From the IMG/VR virus record IMGVR_UViG_3300026139_000066: DNA of 36,706 nt; one strand, written 5' to 3'. Made by a program: the position numbers and the translations under genes. Numbering within the stretch: the first letter of the stretch is position 1; every line of letters begins with the position of its first letter. A model generated the notes under the pieces. The model made no database searches. It worked only from the letters and a program-made list of their open reading frames with translations, and had not been told where the DNA came from. The DNA is from a virus. Of the stretch, positions 18,929-25,906 are shown piece by piece.

Positions 18929-19253
18929 GGCCGTTACCGTTACCGTTGCGTCCGTTGGCAAACTCAAACCGAAGAATCGATTCAACAGACCCGCCGTGAT
19001 TGACATCCAGCGGGAGGAGCCGGGGATAAACGTTATTGTAAAAATCGGCTAGGGCCAGCGGATGGGTCTGCAAAAATTTGACGTGACCCGTAATGTCGCC
19101 AAGCGCCCCGTAGACGGCCTGGATATTCTCCCGGGCCGTTCGGGTGAGTTTGTTTGGTACGCCCCTCTTGCGGCCCTTCGGGTTTCCGGATTGGCCCGGC
19201 TTGAACAGGTGCGAACCTGTTTTTTTTCTGTTCTGTGCAGCCCGGGTACTCAT
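18921..19253 (-). CDS. Small terminase-like protein (DUF5681-type N-terminus)
   Basis: ATG at 19253. The product MSTRAAQNRKKTGSHLFKPGQSGNPKGRKRGVPNKLT... is 110 aa, immediately upstream of TerL. Confidence 0.6.
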   Translation of the reverse strand: MSTRAAQNRKKTGSHLFKPGQSGNPKGRKRGVPNKLTRTARENIQAVYGALGDITGHVKFLQTHPLALADFYNNVYPRLLPLDVNHGGSVESILRFEFANGRNGNGNGHA

Positions 19254-19258
19254 CTCGG

Positions 19259-19450
19259 TTACCTGATCACCTTGAGGATTATGGCCGTAATCACGGGGAC
19301 GGCGCCGCCTAGGAACCCCAGGACCGCGGAGGTCATGGCGACCTTGATTCTGTTCTCCGTGACCTGTTCTAAGATTTTGTCGAGCTTGTCGTTCATCGCT
19401 TCTTGCCGCTCCCAAATCCGGTCAAGCTCACGTTTGACATCGTCTTCCAT
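19259..19450 (-). CDS. XhlA-like small membrane protein (lysis accessory / holin-associated)
   Basis: ATG at 19450. The 63-aa product has an N-terminal coiled coil (MEDDVKRELDRIWERQEAMNDKLDKILEQ) and a C-terminal TM helix (AVLGFLGGAVPVITAIILKVI). Confidence 0.5.
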   Translation of the reverse strand: MEDDVKRELDRIWERQEAMNDKLDKILEQVTENRIKVAMTSAVLGFLGGAVPVITAIILKVIR

Positions 19451-19452
19451 GA

Positions 19453-20172
19453 TCACTTCCCCTGAGTCGCAAGCTGAAAAACGAGTACGGCGGCGATACC
19501 GACGACCGCGCCGGCAACGAATGATTTGGCCTGTCGACCGGTGATGGATCGGGCTAGGTGCGTATAGGCGCGCCGGTCCGCGTCCCATGCGGCTAGCGCT
19601 CGATCCAGAGCTCCCCGCGTGATGGTCAGCCGGGAGCCGATAGCGGCCGTCTCTCGCTCCGCCGCGTCAACAGCGAGCCGGAGATTGGAGGAGACGATCG
19701 TCTCCGCCTGATACCGGGCCTGCCAGGCCTCGGCGGCCAGCAGGTGATTGAGCACCGCTTCGGTCCCGGCGAGGGTGCAGATATAGAGCCCCCCTGCGTT
19801 CGGGACAATCGAGCCCGTCCCGATGCGCTGATTTATTTGACCGGACAGGTCATCGGGCGACAGGGAGGCGGTCAGCGCCTGTAATTGTTTGAGGTCGGAT
19901 TGGATGACGGCGTGTTTTTTCTCAGCGAGAGCGGCGGCTTCGAGCGCCTGTTTTTTTTCAGCTTCGGCGGCCGCTTGCTGTTTTCGGAGAGCGGCCAGCT
20001 CCGCATCTGATCGGACGCGGTAGGACTGATATTCCCGGGTTAGAGCATCGGCGGCGCCGCGCCATTTGAGGGCGGCCCGCCGCTCCGCTTGACCGTAGAG
20101 GATCAACGACGTGATGACGACGGCCAATATGGCGGCCGCGATGATCAGGGCGGATTTGAGTTTGGCGCTCAT
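19453..20172 (-). CDS. Membrane-anchored coiled-coil protein (spanin-like/lysis accessory)
   Basis: ATG at 20172. The 239-aa product has an N-terminal TM (LKSALIIAAAILAVVITSLILYG), a long Ala/Glu/Gln coiled coil and a C-terminal hydrophobic helix. It lies directly downstream of the endolysin. Confidence 0.5.
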   Translation of the reverse strand: MSAKLKSALIIAAAILAVVITSLILYGQAERRAALKWRGAADALTREYQSYRVRSDAELAALRKQQAAAEAEKKQALEAAALAEKKHAVIQSDLKQLQALTASLSPDDLSGQINQRIGTGSIVPNAGGLYICTLAGTEAVLNHLLAAEAWQARYQAETIVSSNLRLAVDAAERETAAIGSRLTITRGALDRALAAWDADRRAYTHLARSITGRQAKSFVAGAVVGIAAVLVFQLATQGK

Positions 20173-20177
20173 GGATC

Positions 20178-20669
20178 TCACCACATCATACCCTCGATAA
20201 ACGCCGCTGTTGGGCGGGGGCGAACGAGATACGCCGTGTCGATGTGGACGAGGTTTTGGCCGGCGGCCAGGTAGGATTTCCATCCGACGCGGAGGAGCGG
20301 CCGGGTGGAGATGATCGTATTTTTGAGGGCGATTAATTCGTCCGGTGATGTGACGGCCAGGTCCAATGCCAGGCCGAAGAGATGGGCGGAGAGCTCTTCC
20401 CCGGCGACGGCGTGGTTTCGATTGACGCAACGGTATCCGGAGTTGATCGGGATGGGGCGGCCCCAGGCCGTACGGATCGCGGAGAACGCCGCAAATAACT
20501 CCCGGTACGGTTCGCCGGGGTGGTCGGGGTCGAGGTCAAACGGGAGCTGATGACAGCAGGGACAGGCGTATTCGGAGGCGAGAATGTAGGGTGCGATAAA
20601 TTGCGGGGAGGCGCCCTTATGCGCAGACGCCCCCCCGCTGGAAGGAGAGAAGAAGGAGGAACCGCTCAC
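20178..20669 (-). CDS. Endolysin, peptidase M15 (D-Ala-D-Ala carboxypeptidase-like) family
   Basis: 163 aa. The motifs ..INSGYRCVNRNHAVAGEELSAHLFGLALD.. and VHID match the zinc-binding H..D..H pattern of M15A/M15_3 lysins. The start is a GTG in the track, so its position is uncertain. Confidence 0.8.
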   Translation of the reverse strand: MSGSSFFSPSSGGASAHKGASPQFIAPYILASEYACPCCHQLPFDLDPDHPGEPYRELFAAFSAIRTAWGRPIPINSGYRCVNRNHAVAGEELSAHLFGLALDLAVTSPDELIALKNTIISTRPLLRVGWKSYLAAGQNLVHIDTAYLVRPRPTAAFIEGMMW

Positions 20670-20733
20670 GCGGTCAATGTGGGATATGGTGTGTCAAGAA
20701 GCAAGCGAAAACGCAATATATGGGGGAAAGCAT

Positions 20734-20750
20734 GTTGTCATAATGACAAC
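20734..20750. promoter_or_regulatory. Perfect 17-bp palindrome GTTGTCAT-A-ATGACAAC in the intergenic gap upstream of the lysis/packaging genes. Candidate operator.
   Basis: 8-bp arms with a 1-nt spacer, located 19 nt downstream of the XRE regulator stop in a lower-GC 99-nt gap. A TATATT hexamer follows on the minus strand. Confidence 0.4.
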
Positions 20751-20768
20751 TTTGCTACTCAGTACGAA

Positions 20769-21146
20769 TCAGTCGATGTTTTTTCCGAACTGTAGGAGAA
20801 GCAGCCGTCCGTACTCGTAGAGCCGGTCTGATGACAACACGAAATGAGCCAGTCTTTGTTTTTCGACGACACCGGCGGCGTTCTGGCGGAGGAACGAATC
20901 GGTGTATCTCCGCAGCCACTCGGAATCCAGGCGGACATGTCCGGGGTCTAGCCCCATCTGTCTGGCCGCAACGAGGTCCTCGTATGCACGACGGATAGCC
21001 TGCTCGGTAATCCAGCGTGTGGCCGATCCGGACTCGTACCGGATCACGGTAGAGACAGAGACCCGGGCGCGCGCCGCCAGTTCAGCGCGGGAAATGCCGG
21101 CCCGCGATCGGAGCCTGGCAAACTCTCGATAATCTTGGTCGGTCAA
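20769..21146 (-). CDS. XRE-family helix-turn-helix transcriptional regulator
   Basis: 125 aa. The segment ..AGISRAELAARARVSVSTVIRYESG.. is a classic HTH_XRE. The start is a TTG at 21146 with GGAAGGA upstream. Confidence 0.75.
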   Translation of the reverse strand: MTDQDYREFARLRSRAGISRAELAARARVSVSTVIRYESGSATRWITEQAIRRAYEDLVAARQMGLDPGHVRLDSEWLRRYTDSFLRQNAAGVVEKQRLAHFVLSSDRLYEYGRLLLLQFGKNID

Positions 21147-21206
21147 TGTTGGCGTCCTTCCGGGGACGGGACCGGGGGCTCCGGCCCCGCCCCCCTTTGC
21201 CGGCTG

Positions 21207-21443
21207 TTACTTGCCGGGCGACAGCACTTGTTTGGCGACCTTGAACGAGCCGATGGCTCCAAAGATCACCTGCACCAGCACCACCAGCAGGCCGATCGTG
21301 ATCGGCGTCCCGGATTCGACGGCCTTGTAGGCGACGACCAGGACGGACACGACGACCGCGATGATGTTGGGGTCGACCCTGATCACCTGTTTGACGACCT
21401 GGGTGATCGTCACGACGAGGGCGACGAGCGCAACAATGTCCAT
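21207..21443 (-). CDS. Holin-like small membrane protein
   Basis: 78 aa with 2-3 hydrophobic helices (MDIVALVALVVTITQVV.., IIAVVVSVLVVAY, ITIGLLVVLVQVIFGAIG) and a charged C-terminal tail. Confidence 0.5.
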   Translation of the reverse strand: MDIVALVALVVTITQVVKQVIRVDPNIIAVVVSVLVVAYKAVESGTPITIGLLVVLVQVIFGAIGSFKVAKQVLSPGK

Positions 21444-21452
21444 GTGGACCTC

Positions 21453-21893
21453 CTATGATTTTTCAGCCGGGGACTCCGGCTGTTCGTGATGGTGGATTTC
21501 GACTTCCACTCGCGGCGTGAGCGAATAACACTTGTCTACACTGAGATATGTTATTTGGGAGTCGTCCCGATAGGCGACTCCGTTTAGGGCGTCTTCGACG
21601 GCCTTGGCAACGTTCGAGGCGTCCGGCCGCGTGACGTGTGGGATGCTCTCGTATCCCTCCTTGCCGTTGCGCAACTTGAGGCGCTTGGGCGGCTGGAAAT
21701 ACGCCTCCACCTCTAGCCAGATCGGCCCGGTCAGCGGAACATGACGCGGGAATTTAGACGTGAAGGCCACGCGGACAAGGTTTTCGAAGCGGGCCGTTTT
21801 CTCGGGTGTGAACGCGTGAGCGCGGCCATGATTGACGACGACGCGGGCGCGGGCCTTTCCGACCGGCTGGCCGGGAACGGTGAAGCGCATCAT
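21453..21893 (-). CDS. rusA: RusA-family Holliday junction resolvase
   Basis: 146 aa. The N-terminus MMRFTVPGQPVGKARARV.. and the segment ..RPDASNVAKAVEDALNGVAYRDDSQI.. are typical RusA motifs. Confidence 0.85.
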   Translation of the reverse strand: MMRFTVPGQPVGKARARVVVNHGRAHAFTPEKTARFENLVRVAFTSKFPRHVPLTGPIWLEVEAYFQPPKRLKLRNGKEGYESIPHVTRPDASNVAKAVEDALNGVAYRDDSQITYLSVDKCYSLTPRVEVEIHHHEQPESPAEKS

Positions 21894-22252
21894 GGCCGGA
21901 CCTCCGCCCGCCGGCCGTCGAACATCTCTAGCTGCACGCCGGGATCGGAGGACAGATGCGGCCAGGTCGTGAGTAGGATTGTGATCCTGGCCTGGACCTT
22001 TTCCGGGGCCATGTGCGGCCGTAGATAATCGCGGTATCTCTGGACCTCCTCGGGCGCCCTGGGAATGAAGATCCCCTCATTGCAAGAGCAGACGGGGAGC
22101 GTGGCATAGATGGCCCTGAGTTTCCGGTCGTCGACATGCATGGCACACCGGCGCTCCAACTTCGCGGCGAGCTCCCTCCGGGGGATGGCGTTTTCCCTCC
22201 CTCGATGACTGGATAGGATCTGCATGATCCGCGCCCGGATCATTTCGTTCAT
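21890..22252 (-). CDS. Hypothetical protein
   Basis: ATG at 22252. The 120-aa product begins MNEMIRARIMQILSSHRGRENAIPRRELAAKLER... There is an ATGA overlap with rusA. The 207 residues upstream in the track ORF overlap the RlpA-like gene in another frame. Confidence 0.5.
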   Translation of the reverse strand: MNEMIRARIMQILSSHRGRENAIPRRELAAKLERRCAMHVDDRKLRAIYATLPVCSCNEGIFIPRAPEEVQRYRDYLRPHMAPEKVQARITILLTTWPHLSSDPGVQLEMFDGRRAEVRP

Positions 22253-22269
22253 GATTTCCCCCTGCCTCC

Positions 22270-22773
22270 TCACATTTCGGGGCCAATGCGGACGGAAGCC
22301 ACTCCCGGCCGGAGGAGTCCGATCTCCCGCGCCGCGGCCGTCGATAGGTCCAGTCCCCGCCCGAGCCGGGGATGCGGTCCCCGGTCCGTGATACGGACGA
22401 TGACCGACCGACCGTTTGCGATGTTCGTCACCCGGATGCGCTTGCCGAACGGGAGCCACGGCGAAGCGGCGGTCATTTCGCGGTCGTCGAAGACGGAGCC
22501 GGAGGCCGTTCTTCGGCCATTGTGTTCGAGCCCATACCAGCTGGCCAGCGTCTCGAACGACGCCCATTCCTCCAGGTAGATGAGCCGATCCGAGAGCGCG
22601 GACATCGCGTCTCGGTTCGCGGCGATCTCCGGCGCGAGCTCCCGCGCCGCCCACGAGCGGCCGTTGTCCACGCCAGTGCTCCACCCCAACGCAAACGCCA
22701 GAGTGGACGCCAGCGCCAGGACCACGGGCCAGAAGATCCATGTCACCGAACGGGGGATGATGATCGTCATCAC
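22270..22773 (-). CDS. Membrane-anchored RlpA-like (double-psi beta-barrel) lytic transglycosylase family protein
   Basis: 167 aa with an N-terminal TM (VTWIFWPVVLALASTLAFALGW). The C-terminus ASWYGLEHNGRRTASGSVFDDREMTAASPWLPFGKRIRVTNIANGRSVIVRITDRGP..LDLSTAAAREIG matches the RlpA DPBB pattern. Confidence 0.8.
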   Translation of the reverse strand: MMTIIIPRSVTWIFWPVVLALASTLAFALGWSTGVDNGRSWAARELAPEIAANRDAMSALSDRLIYLEEWASFETLASWYGLEHNGRRTASGSVFDDREMTAASPWLPFGKRIRVTNIANGRSVIVRITDRGPHPRLGRGLDLSTAAAREIGLLRPGVASVRIGPEM

Positions 22774-23012
22774 GCCCTCCTTGCTTTCGCCGCCCGCCGC
22801 TCCGCCGCCGCGTCCTCAATGCGCTCCTCGCATTCGGTGCAGACCATCTCGCCGTCGATGACATCCAGCTCATCGGCCGTAAACCATCTCAAGCACGCCC
22901 AGCACCGGCGGCAGTTATCCTCCGGCTCCTGGTACCCGTCATCCTCCGGCGTTCCCCGGAGTCGGCCGGACTCGAAAAATGGGCCGATGGATTCTCCCCT
23001 GATTGTTCTCAT
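22770..23012 (-). CDS. Small zinc-ribbon protein
   Basis: 80 aa with CRRCWAC...CTEC. GGAGGAGACA precedes the ATG. Confidence 0.55.
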   Translation of the reverse strand: MRTIRGESIGPFFESGRLRGTPEDDGYQEPEDNCRRCWACLRWFTADELDVIDGEMVCTECEERIEDAAAERRAAKARRA

Positions 23013-23025
23013 TGTCTCCTCCTTC

Positions 23026-23130
23026 TCACCGGAACAGGATAAACCCCACCATCCCGGCGATCATGAGCGCCAGGACGATCCAGCCAAAAATCCCAACCAC
23101 GTCGTCGTCGTCAAGGCGGTTGTTGCGCAT
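23026..23130 (-). CDS. Very small membrane protein (34 aa)
   Basis: ATG at 23130 is preceded by AAGGGGAGG. The product MRNNRLDDDDVVGIFGWIVLALMIAGMVGFILFR has a single TM helix. Confidence 0.4.
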   Translation of the reverse strand: MRNNRLDDDDVVGIFGWIVLALMIAGMVGFILFR

Positions 23131-23152
23131 GCCTCCCCTTGTGCAACCCTTA

Positions 23153-23614
23153 TCATAACGACTCACCGGTAGTGGTTTTGACATCAACTTCCGCTTCGGA
23201 GCCGTTAAATTCCGAAGGACTAGCCGAGAGAAACGGAAGGCCACCAAGCCAAGCGCTTAACTGCTCGTCGTCACTCATGCCAAGGTCCATTTCCATCAGT
23301 TCGTCCGGGCAGAACGTCGCAGCCACGATAGTATCTCCACAGAACCTTTCTAGTTCGAGCCAAAGCAGCCTTCCAGGGATTCCCCATAGTCCTACTACGC
23401 GATAGTGGTACCCATTAAACGCCAATACGGTTGGATATTCGTCTCCATCTGGAACAATTTTGATGTGGCCGGTCTCTGGGCAAGACCGGTCATATTTCCA
23501 TCCATTCATCGCTTTCACAATTTGCGGACAATTACCGGTAATGTGAAATCCGCCACAATAGAAGCAATGAATGTCGTACTTTTGTTGTGTTCCAAGCCAA
23601 CGTTTTTCTTTCAT
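23153..23614 (-). CDS. Hypothetical protein with a zinc-knuckle-like CX2CX3HX4C motif
   Basis: ATG at 23614 follows AGGAGAA. The 153-aa product contains CFYCGGFHITGNC and has an acidic C-terminus. It lies in the lower-GC island. Confidence 0.55.
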   Translation of the reverse strand: MKEKRWLGTQQKYDIHCFYCGGFHITGNCPQIVKAMNGWKYDRSCPETGHIKIVPDGDEYPTVLAFNGYHYRVVGLWGIPGRLLWLELERFCGDTIVAATFCPDELMEMDLGMSDDEQLSAWLGGLPFLSASPSEFNGSEAEVDVKTTTGESL

Positions 23615-23642
23615 GTTTAATTCTCCTAAACCCATAGATTAT

Positions 23643-23885
23643 TTATGTGTTTTGAGTAATCATGGCAGCGATACGCTCTGCTGCACAACCCGCATCGTGG
23701 CTACCGTACCAATGTCCACATCTCGCGCATATTCTGTCTTCGTCCACGCGCTTTGGCTTGTTCGTGGCGAAAAATAGGTTTGGAAAACCAGAAATGTTCG
23801 CAAGCTGCTCTGCACACACGCAACAATATGTTTCGCCACCGATACGAAATGCTAATGCCTTCATTCGTCCTCGTTTGAGCTTCAT
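23643..23885 (-). CDS. Small Cys-rich hypothetical protein
   Basis: ATG at 23885 overlaps the upstream TGA (ATGA). The 80-aa product contains CCVC...CARCGHWYGSHD. Confidence 0.5.
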   Translation of the reverse strand: MKLKRGRMKALAFRIGGETYCCVCAEQLANISGFPNLFFATNKPKRVDEDRICARCGHWYGSHDAGCAAERIAAMITQNT

Positions 23886-24409
23886 GCCGGACCTCCCGTC
23901 ATCTGGTGACATTCGCCACACTCAAGTGGAATCTGCGGACTGGTAGTCTCGACGGGGATTTCCACAACACCCTGCCATGCGTGGCCACATGCGTCGCATA
24001 TGCACGGCCCTTGCCACCAATGCGTATCGGATGAGAACCCGCCAGCCGTCCTGATCGTCTGGCGAAGCTCGTGGTATAGGTCTATGTCGTCCCGGTTAAA
24101 ATCGCACGCGGCCATGCACTCTTCCATCCACAACAGTAGCTTTTGGGCGACCTTGAGGAGCGGTGGAGCCGCGCAGATCAGACGTGCGTTGGATTCCATA
24201 ACTGCAAGCTCACTACTGCGGTAATATGGTGAATCTGGAGAAAGGCAAGATTGTGTGCTCGGTGCCCCTCTCATGGACGTTGCAGCGATTGCACCGAAAT
24301 CATGTGACTCAATAATGAGCCGTCCTCCGCCATTCGTAGCACCAACTACAGACTGCCACGGTCCGGGCGTCGCGTCACAGACCAGCATTGTGGGATCTGT
24401 TTTGATCAT
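23882..24409 (-). CDS. Hypothetical protein with an Ead/Ea22-like 'PGPW' N-terminus and a C-terminal Cys cluster
   Basis: ATG at 24409 follows GGAGGTG. The 175-aa product contains ..CDATPGPWQSVV.. and ..CICDACGHAW...CGECH.. Confidence 0.5.
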   Translation of the reverse strand: MIKTDPTMLVCDATPGPWQSVVGATNGGGRLIIESHDFGAIAATSMRGAPSTQSCLSPDSPYYRSSELAVMESNARLICAAPPLLKVAQKLLLWMEECMAACDFNRDDIDLYHELRQTIRTAGGFSSDTHWWQGPCICDACGHAWQGVVEIPVETTSPQIPLECGECHQMTGGPA

Positions 24410-24770
24410 AAAGCACCTCCTTGGGGTTGAATAAGTCTTTACGTGGTTTGGCTTGCTGCTCATGTAGCCAGTCAAGCATTGCAAAAACATTGCGCTTACT
24501 TACGTGCTGGATTGCCCCGGTGTAAACGCCCCATCCTTTCGGGTACAAGCGAAGCGCAAAACCGGTCTTTTCATGTGGGCCTTTGAGGCAGTCAATCGGG
24601 TAGTCGGCATAGTCGTAGATGTTTGTTATCCGCCAATGGAAATACGGAAGCTTCGGCTTTGATGAACGAATCCGGCTTTTTGCGACCCGGCAAGGGATCT
24701 GCTCGATAAGCGAGTTAACCTCGGCGTCGGGCATGACATCAAAAAGGGAAAGTTGGAGGTATTGGATCAT
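24375..24770 (-). CDS. Hypothetical protein
   Basis: ATG at 24770 overlaps the upstream stop (ATGA). The product is 131 aa. No motif recognised. Confidence 0.5.
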   Translation of the reverse strand: MIQYLQLSLFDVMPDAEVNSLIEQIPCRVAKSRIRSSKPKLPYFHWRITNIYDYADYPIDCLKGPHEKTGFALRLYPKGWGVYTGAIQHVSKRNVFAMLDWLHEQQAKPRKDLFNPKEVLYDQNRSHNAGL

Positions 24771-25009
24771 CGGAAAATCCTCTCCCACTCCTCGCGCTGC
24801 CATTTCTCCCATTTCGCAAACCAAATAGCGTTTGCCATCTGGCTATACTCAGCCTCGGCCTTGGAAAACAGATCAGCAACCGGGCCATCTGTCGGCCTGC
24901 CAGCGGAGACAAAAGCTTCTCCGCACCTAGCGTACTCAGCGGCTATATCAGTTGCCTTTAGCCAGACCTTGGGAGGGATTGGGTTACCTCCGTGGATCAC
25001 CTCAAACAT
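24767..25009 (-). CDS. Hypothetical protein
   Basis: ATG at 25009 follows GGAGGTTTC. The product is 80 aa. Confidence 0.5.
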   Translation of the reverse strand: MFEVIHGGNPIPPKVWLKATDIAAEYARCGEAFVSAGRPTDGPVADLFSKAEAEYSQMANAIWFAKWEKWQREEWERIFR

Positions 25010-25144
25010 TGAAACCTCCTTTCTCCGCGACGCTCTTTGTCGCGGGCGCGATACCCGTTGTCGCATCTTCATTCACGCTTCGTTCGAGAACGAAAGCAAG
25101 TCCGATGACGCAGTTTGGAGAAGATTCTCCACCTGTTAAAAACC

Positions 25145-25363
25145 TCATGCCCATAGGTGACAACCTTCGCCGATCTTGAGCGCGTGGGCTAAAACGGCCT
25201 TCTCTTGCCCTTCGGCGTTGAGGACAAGACCGCACCAATACTTACCGGAGGACCTCACGAGTGCCGGACACCGACCGCCATAAGTGCTTGTCATGCCGTG
25301 TTTTTCCGCCATTCCGCACGGTGAGCCCATGCAACACTTCCCGCAGTTTTCACATGCTTTCAT
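25145..25363 (-). CDS. Small CxxCxxCC (YkgJ-like putative zinc/iron-chelating) protein
   Basis: 72 aa. MKACENCGKCCMGSPCG.. carries the CxxCxxCC signature, and there are further Cys residues. Confidence 0.55.
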   Translation of the reverse strand: MKACENCGKCCMGSPCGMAEKHGMTSTYGGRCPALVRSSGKYWCGLVLNAEGQEKAVLAHALKIGEGCHLWA

Positions 25364-25414
25364 CGGTCATGTTCTCCGGCTGTTAAATTCGTTCTGCTGT
25401 TTTCTGGCTCCCTC

Positions 25415-25906
25415 CTATTTCGGTAACGTTCTAATAATTGATCGACCGTCAACGAGGGTATTCGTTTCGCGCCGTTTCGAGGCCGCTGTCCGATAACATT
25501 CGATGAATCGTTTTTTTACGAATTCGTTATTGGGCTCCGCCTGACCAAATCCACCCCATCCTCCAAATGCCAACCGTACGGCCTCGTTCAAGGCCGGATC
25601 ATCGACGGGGCGTCCGGCTATCAGCGCGATGTTGGCCCTGTGCCAGGCGTCCAGCGCCGCCGATTCAACGCGCTCGTCCTGAAGCCCCAGGGCCGCCTCG
25701 CGGATTTCGGCGACGGTGGGAAAGGACGTGTATCTCCGCGTGGATACGATCGCGTCCACACCCCGCTTCAGCTCCGTCAGCGACAGGTCTGACAAGTACT
25801 CAAAATATAAATCTAGTTTTTGTTCGGACACCGCGTCGCGATCAAAAATCGTTTGCAGGATCAGCATCAAGGTCAAGAATTGCTGGTACTCGCGCTCTCG
25901 GATCAT
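25415..25906 (-). CDS. Helicase-loader-like protein (G39P-like N-terminal domain)
   Basis: 163 aa from the ATG at 25906. The segment ..LYFEYLSDLSLTELKRGVDAIVSTRRYTSFPTVAEIREA.. resembles the SPP1 G39P loader pattern. It follows the replisome organizer. The start is uncertain because it overlaps the upstream gene by 65 nt. Confidence 0.45.
   Translation of the reverse strand: MIREREYQQFLTLMLILQTIFDRDAVSEQKLDLYFEYLSDLSLTELKRGVDAIVSTRRYTSFPTVAEIREAALGLQDERVESAALDAWHRANIALIAGRPVDDPALNEAVRLAFGGWGGFGQAEPNNEFVKKRFIECYRTAASKRRETNTLVDGRSIIRTLPK

Noticed and set aside
20693-20698. Perfect TTGACA on the minus strand just upstream of the endolysin start, as a promoter -35 element
   Set aside because: There is no acceptable -10 hexamer 16-18 nt downstream (ACCGCG at the 17-nt position).
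21890-22873. 327-aa ORF spanning the RlpA-like gene
   Set aside because: Its first 207 residues are Arg/Gly/Pro junk overlapping the well-supported RlpA-like frame (22270..22773). Only the part from the ATG at 22252 is kept.
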